The notes under the pieces: generated by a model | The model's database searches: none | What the model saw: only the letters and a program-made list of their open reading frames with translations | What the model was told of the DNA's origin: nothing | Made by a program: the position numbers and the translations under genes | Source: an uncultured bacterium | Lineage (GTDB): Bacteria; Omnitrophota; Omnitrophia; Omnitrophales; Aquincolibacteriaceae | Length of the DNA: 64,000 nucleotides | NCBI GenBank assembly: GCA_964511315.1 | Contig: CAZEFF010000002.1 | Span: 2,230 to 66,229, forward strand | Reading direction: 5' to 3' | Shown here: positions 10,301-18,761 of the stretch, piece after piece | Position numbering within the stretch: the first letter of the stretch is position 1 | How the letters are laid out: each line of letters opens with the position of its first letter

Positions 10301-13300
10301 CTTGTCCGATATTCCGGCAAGGCAACAATCCCGATCCTTGATAATGGCCAGCTTTCATTCGCGCTCGCGGCCATCGCGGGCGGACTATGGGATTCAAGAG
10401 ATCCTGAACTCATTGAAATTCAAAAAACCGCCCGGGATATTCTTGATCACCAGCATTATGAGGAAATGGTTAACCCCGCGACCGGATTGCTGTTTGAAGA
10501 ATGGGATCTGGAAGGCATGAGGGGAATTGAAAAACCAGGACACGCGAATCTTTGGACCGAATGGATGCTTGCGGTTTATTGGGCTCATTTAAACGGACAT
10601 ATCACTAACGACGCTTGGCTGCGGTTTAATCATGAAATCTATTTTCAGCAGGCAGAAAATAAAGAAATTCCGATGCCCCAAGGATATATTTTTTCGTTTC
10701 ACGAAACCGGATGGCCGCTCCTGTATATACCGGCGATGAAATCAGACCTCGCGAACCTTTATTACAATTATCTTTGGCTTCACGCGAAGCATGCCCGGCA
10801 AAATGGTCTTCCGGGATTTGTCGGCACGGAATACTCTCCCGCGGGGCAATATGCCCAGGCCGGCATTGATATTACAAAGTACGGCAACGGCGTTGTGCTC
10901 GGGCGGATTGATGATTCGTCCTTAAGCGCCCCGTACGCGACAGCATTCGCGGCGCTTATCTATCCTTCCGTGGGATTCAAATGGTCCAATCGTTTGCTGT
11001 CACAAAAGGGCGTTGTCGACAAATACGGGCCCGTGACCTCTTATAAGGTGGATGAAGGGGCATCGCACATTCATACTGCCGACACGACTTTCGCAACCGC
11101 GCTCGCTTTAAGCGGCGGGGTATCCAGAGAAGTCGAAGTTTATTTCAATCGCGCCCGCGGATTATCCGAAAATGATTTGCTCGCGCCCTTCAATCAGCAA
11201 GCCGCGCAAATTCAAAACACATCAAATATTTCGAAATTTGAAACGGTGTCAGGCATACCCCTGCCTCCAAAAAATCTCGGCGCGGTGAAAAAGCCGAAAA
11301 ATATGAAATTGGAAGGTAAAACGGTATCTCTTTTCTCGAAACTCCAAACGGGTCATTGGCACGGAGAAAACGTGAGCGTTCCGGAGGCTTATTGGGATGA
11401 AAAAATGGACAGCACGCAGTCATGGATTTTTCATAAAGGTGAAATCATCGCGGACTACCAGGTAGGCGCAACCATGAAAGATTATGCCTGGCTCGGCACG
11501 CCCGTAGATCCCGTACCGATTGCCGGAGCAAAATATCTTTCGTTTTGGATTCCCGCCGATTTAAAAGAGTACTGGGAAATTGAGCTCAAGCACATCGATC
11601 AGCAGCTTACGTCTTCAAAAATCATCGTGAACACACAGGATACTGCGGTAACTTATGAAACCTCGAAGGATGGAAAATGGCGCCGCCTGCTTATCCCAAT
11701 TAAGCCGTCACCGCATACCGAGTCTGAAACACTTAATTATCTGGCGGTTTCAATTCCAAGCCCATTAACCTCTCCCTCAAAGCGGGAGGGCGCCATCCGG
11801 ATCAAAAATATACAAATCCATTCTGAAAAACCCACGCATGAAAAAGAGTCATTTTCTAAATCCGTTTCATCCGAGGCCGCCTCAGAAGATGGTTCGGTAG
11901 GAAAAAAACCGACCCATGAAACAAAAATTTCGGAACCTTTCTTTTTACTTCTCCGGAAAGAAAAAAGGAACCTTACCAACGGCGACTTACAAAACATCAT
12001 TTTCCCAAGCGGGGTACTGCGCATCGAGCCGCGCGGTCACTGGGCCGGAGAATCGATAAGACTAAGCCCCAATGTCTCCGATTTACGCTACATCTATATG
12101 CGGGTAAGGGCGCCTAATGGAAAAGCCGTTTTTAAAATTGAAATCCCCAATTTAGTACCTATCAAAAAAGAAATACGGATCAATTCAAAAAATTGGCAAA
12201 CGCTTGAAATCGCGCTGGATCAGCCTTTCGCGGCGAAAGATCTGACTTACTTCGCGGTTTCTGACGCGACCGATGTGATAGAGCTGGCTGATTTCCAATT
12301 ATCCGCGAAGGCTATTCCAGGCGCAGAATTATTCGCCTCAACCGATTACTCACCGTCATATTCAGGAATTTACGCGTATGCTTCGAATACTGCCGGCGCT
12401 CATTCCGCTCAAAAAATCGCCGCCGGAGAACTTAACCGTTTAGCGTCACCGCTACCGCTTTCAAATATCCTCCTCGCGAAAGCAGGCCGGTCCGAACTCC
12501 GCACTTCACCTTATTCCGCGAATGTTCTGGCAATCCGGGATTATTTAGTCACCAAAAACGGCAGTACCCAAACAAATCCGGTCGCGGACGCTCTGAAAAA
12601 CGCGATTCATTTGGGGCTTGGCGCGTTTTCAAAAGAAATCGAAACCCTCGTGACCCAGCTGCATAGAGAAAACCGCGCTCACGGAGCTCTCGCAAAACTC
12701 CTGAGCGACCTGATGTCGGAAGATGAAACGACTCTGCGCCAAATTATCGCCTTTGAGCGGATTCTTGATGATAAGCGCGCTTCTGAGCCTTTATCAAGCG
12801 CGGAAGAATGGTCGTGGAAAATTATTAAAAGCCGGGGGATCGGCGATATTTTTTTCGCGAGTCCGGAAGCAGCACCGTTTCTTTCCATGGCAGGCGGAAT
12901 GGCTCCGGCCGTATGGGGACAAGCCAAACTGCTTGCTGATACCGGCGTCAGCGTCTCAATCGTTTCGTTTCTTTATGATCAGGATCAAAACAAAAAACAT
13001 AAATCCGCCCAAGAGCTCATCACAAGCGGCGTCCGTCACGATGGAAAAAAATACGCCTTAAAGAAACTTGAAATGTCACTGCGAATTCCAATTGGGCCAG
13101 TGGTCGAGGAAGCCTTCGGCCACCGGCAAGTCATCGCGGGGCCTCAATCGATACGCGCGGATGTCTATACTTTTGAAGCGGAGGGCGTCCGCTTTTATCT
13201 GCTGCATGAGCCTGAATTGGGAAACAAACTTTATCCTCCCAGCGACTCCATTGACAGCTTTAAGCGTACAATTTTTCTTTCCCGGGGAACACTTGAAGTC

Positions 13301-16300
13301 ATAAAGAATCTCGATGAATTCCCTGATTTCATTGTCTCTCACGATTGGATGGCTTCGTTAATTCCCGCTTATCTAAAAACAACTCTCGCAGGAGTAAACT
13401 CTCTCAGCCATATTCCCGCCGCAAAAAACTATTCCTCGGATGAACATTTCAAAAGCACCAAACCGCTGATGTTTTTACACAACACCTTAAGAGACTACCA
13501 GGCCGCTTTTTACAACAATATGGAAACCGATAAATTTGACCGCAAACGCCGTATTGAACTTTTCCCGCTGTCAGGCCTAGGCGACGAGCATTTCTTTGGA
13601 TTTCAGGATTCGGGCGATGGATCACGCATCAATCTTGCAAAAGCCGGTGCTTTTCATGCCGCGGGAGTATGGCACCCAAGCCTTAAGCACGGAAATGAAT
13701 TACTCGTCCCCGAAACAGGGGAAACGCTTGAATCACTTATGCGTTCGAAAATGCCTTATAATTTCGGCATCAGCAACGCGGTCAATCTTCCCGATATTTG
13801 GTCGGAAATCGATCATATCGGAAAAGACCTGCTCAAATGGGCCCGCGAAAATTCAATCCCGGCTTCAGCGTTAGGATTTTCTGAAGAAATTGAGAACGCT
13901 GCCACCGCGCCATTTACAAAAGATAATTTTAAAAAAGCCCTTCCTTTTTACCGCGCACTTTCAAAACGCTATTTACAGCGCCAGCAAGGGATGAAAGAAG
14001 ATTCGCATGTCATCCTTTCAGGTTTTGTCGGACGCGTCGCGAAGCAAAAGGGAGTCGCGCTCATCCGGGATGCCTTGGTCAGCTATCTTGATCAAACCGC
14101 GGATCAAAACACTCAGCTTTTTATCGGCGGACCAGTAGCCCAAGGAGACAGAGACGCGGAAACGTTTGAAGCGCTTGTCAAAGAACTCGCGGATAATCCA
14201 AAGTACCGCGGCAGGATCGGAGTCAAAGCAGGCGCCAAAGAATTTTTAGATAAAAGAGAAGTCGTGCTTTCATTCTTGGCCATGGACATTTTTCTTATGC
14301 CCTCCGAAAGAGAACCTGGCGGCATCACACAAATTGAAGCATTGGCCATCGGGGTTGCGTTTATCGTCGCTCATTTTATCGGCGGTATCGCGGACACAGT
14401 TACACAATACAACCCCGCGGAAAAGAAGGGGAACGGCTTTTTCTTTCAGCATTTCAGCCGGGATGAATATTTGCGGGCCTGGATCGAAGCCACCGCGACA
14501 ATACATAACCACCCTGATATTGCTGCCAAAAATATTATCGAAAATGCCTTTGAAGCCGCTTTTGACTGGAGCCGTCAAACACCGCTTTACTTGACCATGC
14601 TCAGGTACGTCGCGGGCGGTTGGGTCGAAGGCGATCCGCAAGCCGAGAATGAGATCAAACTGCTGTCTCGAATTTTGGTGGGTAATCCTAAAATTCGTCC
14701 TATTTTAAAAGGCCCAGGACATTCCCTGCAAATCATTGATTCCGAATTCAAAAACCATCCGATTGTGGCCGACCTTTTTGACGGACGGAAAATTGATATT
14801 CAGCTTTTGCCCAATGACATCCCAAGTGGAAATTTTTCCTATGATTTGGCCAACCGCGTATCCTCCTGGAGCAGCGTTAAAAAATCCGATATCAACTTTT
14901 CCGGACCTCCCATTAATTTTCCGTGGGAATCCTATGAACAAACCCTCAAGAAAGAACCCACTCACATCACATTTTCTTACCACAATCTGTACTTCAATGA
15001 CGGGTTTGTCGCCTTCCGGAATCCAAAAGGACTCTACTTTCGGAGAGATGAACCTTTCCGCCGGCGGACATACAGCATGTTTGTTGTCTGGAATAATGGC
15101 GAAGCCACAGCGGAAAAAATTCGCTTCACAAAAAAAGACGGGCAAACACGCGGCAAAGTCCGAGTCGTACGCGCTCAGGCGATTAATCAAAACGTGGATC
15201 TCGGCCCAAAAATAAAATTTGCCATTTTTGGACAGCAGATCATTTCAGAAGGAAAAGCCGTAAAAATTCAGGACCTCGCGCATCAATTTCCCGATATTTT
15301 TCATCTTTATCAGCTTCCTCAATTTCCGCCGGCAGCCGCCAGTGATAAATACGGTCCCGCTATCGGGATCCGTGAACTTTTGAGCGGCCCCACACACGCG
15401 ATTGAGGCATCTGACCGGCCCGTGCTTTTGGAAACTCTGAAAAACGGCGGCCTATCCGAATTTAATCTGCAGCCTTATTTAGGAATGGGCTATTCAATAC
15501 AGGACATCCGGGAAAAGGCTCTCGCTCCGCGGGGCTACAAAGAAGTCTCGGCAGCCATTCCCGGAAATCAACTTGCCGCGGGGGAGTATTTCATTCAGGA
15601 CCGCACTCTTCACATCCGTCTGAAACCGGCGCTTTATCCGCATAACCTAATCGGCATTACCGAAGATGGAAAAGTTGTATCGCTCGTGCTGACCGGGGAT
15701 AAAACCATTGGCGAGGGCTATGCTGTTTCCGATATCGCGAGTCTGGTGAACGATAAATTGAGCCATTTAAAAATCCGCGATCTTTTCCTCCTTGCCAATA
15801 GCGGTGACGCGTTTCGCCGAAAAAATGGAGCGTTTACCCATACGAGCGGCCCAGCTCCTTATACTGCGGGCACCGCCATGATCAGCTTTGCACTTAGCAC
15901 CCCTCGTTCAGAGATCCGTAAAGCCCCGGCAGACCAATCCAATCTCCGCCGCGCGGTAAAAATTACAGCACTCGCGCTGGCTCCTGATGAAATTTTGGGC
16001 GGACACTTTCAGCGGCCTCAAAAAAATGAAATCCAATTTGCGATCCAAGAAATCACCAAACTCCCGCTGTCATCAACGCCGAAATTGCACGATGCGCTTA
16101 TTCATTACAGCTCGTTCGTTTTAAATCAAGAGACAGGCAGCTGGCTTGAAAAACAGCTGCCCATGGACAGCGTCAATACTCCTTTCATTAGTCCCGCGGC
16201 AAGACGCTTAGCCATGACAAAACTACCCAAGACAATCGCAGGAGAAGGTCTTATCTTAGATGAATCATTCGTACTGAAAGGCGGGCTTGCGTTTATTCCG

Positions 16301-16669
16301 ACATTGTTTTTAGATCAGCCGGTTGTTATTCTTACACAAAATAAAGAAATCGAAGCTGAGGTGCAGCGTTTCAATGAAAGGTATCATTTAGCCGTTCCAA
16401 CCGTAAAGACTGTTCCTGATGCCATTATTGCGGTTTCAAAAACTTCGCTCAATAAAAGCAGTCTTACCGCATCAAAACTTGTTCCGCGCGCCTTACTTGG
16501 ACAGGATTACAATTGGAGTATTCGGTCCGCCCTGATTAAGCAATTAGGGGATCAGCAAGTTTCGATTCTCTCAAGTTCCATGGTTGAGTGGATGGCCCAG
16601 ACAGCCGGTGTTTCAGAACTCTTAAGTCAGCTTGCTGAAACCTACTCCCGTATCGCCAAGTCCGCGTAA
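7382..16669 (+). CDS. giant (3095 aa) multidomain protein: signal peptide, TraB/GumN-like region, internal TM helix, DUF3131-like (alpha/alpha)6 glycoside-hydrolase-like domain, beta-rich region, glycogen/starch-synthase-like GT5 glycosyltransferase domain, uncharacterized C-terminal ~650 aa
   Basis: A single uninterrupted ORF. The N-terminus has a signal peptide (RLALFITIIFTAQSLGLA). TraB/GumN-type motifs are present (LIILIQDAHS ... WIIVAGGFHSAGLL). An internal hydrophobic helix follows an RR motif (NRRNFLTFISLSVIGSIAAFTFW), about nt 9778-9846. The GT5-like domain shows EAAPFLSMAGGMAPAVWG near its start, and later FLMPSEREPGGITQIEALAIGVAFIVAHFIGGIADTV (FLMPSE..PGG matches the glycogen-synthase E-x7-E region). 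Confidence 0.6.
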   Translation: MSFKKSHHRAWRKRLALFITIIFTAQSLGLAPHNLCARMEAEDIPLPISEPSAIQIPPEFGRIDEVFSGSNKKLIILIQDAHSIPEAQRSIQKTISHLSKTYALSGIALEGASGPLDPVMLRNYPDREKLSDVLAELTRKGELSGSVAALIEDGIKTPAFGLENWETYLEGLNLYREALTRQERAARKIHVLQKRLAREKSAAYSKKLLAADDIRNRVESNEVDFLHALLEISKISAVPENTPLSLILNQLNRGPAASQTSRNLENLFGELASYFTQKKNSEALSSLAEKRQSYQSSELDLYAFASYLRHLAVSESIPTISLTPDVIELAEVYDKLNQIKGSAVYAEFETHLNRTIHGLIQTSKQNELNRQSEILRFENKLNQLRLTRSELKQLETSSSDINNRGAYPSLNLELAAHSAFYRNTLKRDHELYENFKKMASEKNTPSAWIIVAGGFHSAGLLEQARKDGFSFVKILPAIRSLPEHDFYTDHMEGKVSWVNQESLDSGRGLYEIFLTFAMSALFKDSSENEAASALRVWRQNIIRDLSEIKRLNESSSYTKIIDAELTARKSAFLKRNWISNINRFTSQMDELEKSARLNKQNVLDILKTPAIPALLTGPGVLTRKGIPASRSRSEARTAAWRESDEPLSRKDVIFAMGEDFTVHLPTGQTYKLPKGLWGKYFSRQPAQQEIREVLPPKSSEPIILIEITVPKAESDELTAELKILGDAVTELFPGYKYAFLPPETAGTSQTQFLKFYKFDILTGDTAAPPVILENAPSIITASAGNSTKPAGPNENPILNRRNFLTFISLSVIGSIAAFTFWPRTKKPLAVQPETVSKINPAGKKLDEIDSGDREAVKIHLSGIGNYLREGGIHPATGIARDHVQIDRLSGKISGTPANYSSPSKLSVYLPFLLKIIQGEDVLALTGISKREAVELLSKSLFSLRRFQVEGSGSHEVQSGLFPWFEMKDDGSLSLVRYSGKATIPILDNGQLSFALAAIAGGLWDSRDPELIEIQKTARDILDHQHYEEMVNPATGLLFEEWDLEGMRGIEKPGHANLWTEWMLAVYWAHLNGHITNDAWLRFNHEIYFQQAENKEIPMPQGYIFSFHETGWPLLYIPAMKSDLANLYYNYLWLHAKHARQNGLPGFVGTEYSPAGQYAQAGIDITKYGNGVVLGRIDDSSLSAPYATAFAALIYPSVGFKWSNRLLSQKGVVDKYGPVTSYKVDEGASHIHTADTTFATALALSGGVSREVEVYFNRARGLSENDLLAPFNQQAAQIQNTSNISKFETVSGIPLPPKNLGAVKKPKNMKLEGKTVSLFSKLQTGHWHGENVSVPEAYWDEKMDSTQSWIFHKGEIIADYQVGATMKDYAWLGTPVDPVPIAGAKYLSFWIPADLKEYWEIELKHIDQQLTSSKIIVNTQDTAVTYETSKDGKWRRLLIPIKPSPHTESETLNYLAVSIPSPLTSPSKREGAIRIKNIQIHSEKPTHEKESFSKSVSSEAASEDGSVGKKPTHETKISEPFFLLLRKEKRNLTNGDLQNIIFPSGVLRIEPRGHWAGESIRLSPNVSDLRYIYMRVRAPNGKAVFKIEIPNLVPIKKEIRINSKNWQTLEIALDQPFAAKDLTYFAVSDATDVIELADFQLSAKAIPGAELFASTDYSPSYSGIYAYASNTAGAHSAQKIAAGELNRLASPLPLSNILLAKAGRSELRTSPYSANVLAIRDYLVTKNGSTQTNPVADALKNAIHLGLGAFSKEIETLVTQLHRENRAHGALAKLLSDLMSEDETTLRQIIAFERILDDKRASEPLSSAEEWSWKIIKSRGIGDIFFASPEAAPFLSMAGGMAPAVWGQAKLLADTGVSVSIVSFLYDQDQNKKHKSAQELITSGVRHDGKKYALKKLEMSLRIPIGPVVEEAFGHRQVIAGPQSIRADVYTFEAEGVRFYLLHEPELGNKLYPPSDSIDSFKRTIFLSRGTLEVIKNLDEFPDFIVSHDWMASLIPAYLKTTLAGVNSLSHIPAAKNYSSDEHFKSTKPLMFLHNTLRDYQAAFYNNMETDKFDRKRRIELFPLSGLGDEHFFGFQDSGDGSRINLAKAGAFHAAGVWHPSLKHGNELLVPETGETLESLMRSKMPYNFGISNAVNLPDIWSEIDHIGKDLLKWARENSIPASALGFSEEIENAATAPFTKDNFKKALPFYRALSKRYLQRQQGMKEDSHVILSGFVGRVAKQKGVALIRDALVSYLDQTADQNTQLFIGGPVAQGDRDAETFEALVKELADNPKYRGRIGVKAGAKEFLDKREVVLSFLAMDIFLMPSEREPGGITQIEALAIGVAFIVAHFIGGIADTVTQYNPAEKKGNGFFFQHFSRDEYLRAWIEATATIHNHPDIAAKNIIENAFEAAFDWSRQTPLYLTMLRYVAGGWVEGDPQAENEIKLLSRILVGNPKIRPILKGPGHSLQIIDSEFKNHPIVADLFDGRKIDIQLLPNDIPSGNFSYDLANRVSSWSSVKKSDINFSGPPINFPWESYEQTLKKEPTHITFSYHNLYFNDGFVAFRNPKGLYFRRDEPFRRRTYSMFVVWNNGEATAEKIRFTKKDGQTRGKVRVVRAQAINQNVDLGPKIKFAIFGQQIISEGKAVKIQDLAHQFPDIFHLYQLPQFPPAAASDKYGPAIGIRELLSGPTHAIEASDRPVLLETLKNGGLSEFNLQPYLGMGYSIQDIREKALAPRGYKEVSAAIPGNQLAAGEYFIQDRTLHIRLKPALYPHNLIGITEDGKVVSLVLTGDKTIGEGYAVSDIASLVNDKLSHLKIRDLFLLANSGDAFRRKNGAFTHTSGPAPYTAGTAMISFALSTPRSEIRKAPADQSNLRRAVKITALALAPDEILGGHFQRPQKNEIQFAIQEITKLPLSSTPKLHDALIHYSSFVLNQETGSWLEKQLPMDSVNTPFISPAARRLAMTKLPKTIAGEGLILDESFVLKGGLAFIPTLFLDQPVVILTQNKEIEAEVQRFNERYHLAVPTVKTVPDAIIAVSKTSLNKSSLTASKLVPRALLGQDYNWSIRSALIKQLGDQQVSILSSSMVEWMAQTAGVSELLSQLAETYSRIAKSA

Positions 16670-16811
16670 CCGCCCATATTCATTAACCTCCATTTCGTCG
16701 GAAACGTGCCTTTTATGATATTTATTTTAATAAATTAATAATTGACTTTAATATAATTATGAGTTACTTTGTTCTCCCCGATACTTCCTCAACTCAATAG
16801 GAGGAAGTGCC

Positions 16812-17066
16812 ATGACTGAAGAACGAATCAAGCAAACCGTATATGCTCTGAACCTTAAAAAAGGGGAAGAGATTCAATTCTCTTTAAGCCAATACAAGGG
16901 ACATGCTTATGTCGATATGCGCATCTGGTTTGAGAGTAAAGCCGCCGACGGAAAGCGTCCAACCAAAAAGGGACTCAACTTCAGCCTCTCAAAGCTGACC
17001 GAGTTCCAGAAGGGTCTTGAATGCCTCAAACAAGCCGGCTCAAAGACCTTTACAGCCTCATCCTAA
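16812..17066 (+). CDS. PC4-like (transcriptional coactivator p15/YdbC family) ssDNA-binding protein
   Basis: 84 aa; matches the PC4 C-terminal domain pattern KG..YVD.R.......DG..PTKKG...SL..L; good RBS (AGGAGG) 8 nt upstream. Confidence 0.65.
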   Translation: MTEERIKQTVYALNLKKGEEIQFSLSQYKGHAYVDMRIWFESKAADGKRPTKKGLNFSLSKLTEFQKGLECLKQAGSKTFTASS

Positions 17067-17111
17067 CCCGCTAAAATGTCACAACTTGCAATCATTTAAG
17101 GAGAAATTTCC

Positions 17112-18224
17112 ATGAACGATAAAAAGAAGGCCGAAAAAGACACAAAAGCCGCAGCAAAAAACGCTTCCAATGCGGTTGAAAAAGCCGAGTCCGCGCTTAA
17201 AAAAATAGCCGGAGAAAAACAAAAAGCCTTAGACGTAGCATTGCTTCAAATCGAAAAACAATTCGGCAAAGGCTCCATCATGAAAATGGGCGAGGGCCGG
17301 CATGAAAATGTTCCTTCGATTCCCACAGGTGCTCTTTCACTTGATCTAGCGACGGGCATTGGCGGCGTTCCCCGCGGCCGTATCATTGAAATCTTTGGAC
17401 CTGAGTCGAGCGGTAAAACGACGCTCACACTCAGCATCGTTGCCCGCGTTCAAGCTCAAGGCGGAGTCGCCGCGTTTATTGATGCGGAGCACGCACTTGA
17501 TCCTTCTTACGCGCAAAAATTAGGGGTGAAACTGAATGACCTTTTAATTTCTCAGCCCGATTCCGGCGAACAGGCGCTGCAGATTGTGGAAATGCTTGTC
17601 CGTTCGAACGCGCTGGATTTAATTGTCGTCGATTCTGTTGCCGCCCTTGTGCCGAAAGCTGAAATTGAAGGCGAAATGGGCGATTCCCACATGGGACTTC
17701 AAGCCCGCTTAATGTCGCAGGCTTTGCGTAAACTGACCGGCATCATCAACCGCTCGAAAACCAGTTTGATTTTCATTAATCAAATTCGTGACAAGATCGG
17801 CGTGATGTTCGGCAATCCCGAAACGACACCGGGCGGAAAGGCTTTAAAATTCTACGCTTCCATGCGTATGGATATCCGCCGTATCGCCACACTCAAAAAA
17901 GGTGATGAAGCGATTGGAAACCGCGTAAAGGTCAAGATGGTTAAAAATAAATGCGCGGCACCGTTCAAAATCGCGGAATTCGATATTCTCTTTGATGAGG
18001 GCATTTCCCGTTCAACCACCATTATTGATCTGGGAACTCAGCATGGCATTATCGATAAATCCGGGTCCTGGCTGATTTACAATAATGACAAGCTTGGACA
18101 GGGACGTGATGCCGCAAGAATGTTCCTTCGGGAAAATCCAAAGCTTCTTGAAGAAATTGAAGCCAAGATCCTCGAGAAAATCGCGAGCGGAAATCTTGCG
18201 GTTGCCGGCACTCCTGACGAATAA
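17112..18224 (+). CDS. recA: recombinase RecA
   Basis: Canonical RecA core ([19 protein letters not shown], Walker [11 protein letters not shown]1/L2 loops); preceded by a ~32-aa Lys/Ala-rich N-terminal extension, so the start is uncertain. Confidence 0.9.
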   Translation: MNDKKKAEKDTKAAAKNASNAVEKAESALKKIAGEKQKALDVALLQIEKQFGKGSIMKMGEGRHENVPSIPTGALSLDLATGIGGVPRGRIIEIFGPESSGKTTLTLSIVARVQAQGGVAAFIDAEHALDPSYAQKLGVKLNDLLISQPDSGEQALQIVEMLVRSNALDLIVVDSVAALVPKAEIEGEMGDSHMGLQARLMSQALRKLTGIINRSKTSLIFINQIRDKIGVMFGNPETTPGGKALKFYASMRMDIRRIATLKKGDEAIGNRVKVKMVKNKCAAPFKIAEFDILFDEGISRSTTIIDLGTQHGIIDKSGSWLIYNNDKLGQGRDAARMFLRENPKLLEEIEAKILEKIASGNLAVAGTPDE

Positions 18225-18281
18225 GCTCCCAATATTCTGATTCTGAACCTAAGACAAGGGGTTTTTGTCTCCGGAGAGGTT

Positions 18282-18761
18282 ATGCCAGATTCCCAGAAAA
18301 AACAAGCCTTGATCAGCGCGATGCGTCTTTTGGCCGCGAGCGCGAAAAGCCGTCAGGTGATCTCGGAAAAACTGGAAGGCCGCGGTTTTCCGCCTGAAAT
18401 TGTGAAAGAAGCCCTTGATCAGCTAGAATCACAGGGGCTCTTAAGTGATAAAGCTTTCGGGCAAAGTTTGGTCAGCCGGTTTACGCACTCAAAACCCGCG
18501 GGCAAACGGATGATCGCCTTTGAGCTGAAGCGGAAGGGAATACCGGTAAAGATTCGGGAGGAATTGCTCGACAATGTAACTCCCGAGAACGAACTGGAAA
18601 AAGCCCGTGAAATCGGCGCCCTTCGCTGGGATAAGTTTAAAAATTTGGATAAGAATAAACGCAAAAAACGTTTGTACGATTTTCTCGGACGCCGGGGATT
18701 TGATTTTGATGTGATCCGGCAGGTCGCGGAAGAGTTGGAAAGAGATTCGAATGAAAGTTGA
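18282..18761 (+). CDS. recX: RecA regulator RecX
   Basis: 159 aa helical-repeat protein directly after recA, with typical RecX spacing of Leu/Ala repeats. Confidence 0.7.
   Translation: MPDSQKKQALISAMRLLAASAKSRQVISEKLEGRGFPPEIVKEALDQLESQGLLSDKAFGQSLVSRFTHSKPAGKRMIAFELKRKGIPVKIREELLDNVTPENELEKAREIGALRWDKFKNLDKNKRKKRLYDFLGRRGFDFDVIRQVAEELERDSNES

Noticed and set aside
14705-15215. Pair of 160-aa ORFs on both strands inside the giant gene
   Set aside because: Embedded in and out-of-frame with or antisense to the continuous 3095-aa ORF. No independent signals.
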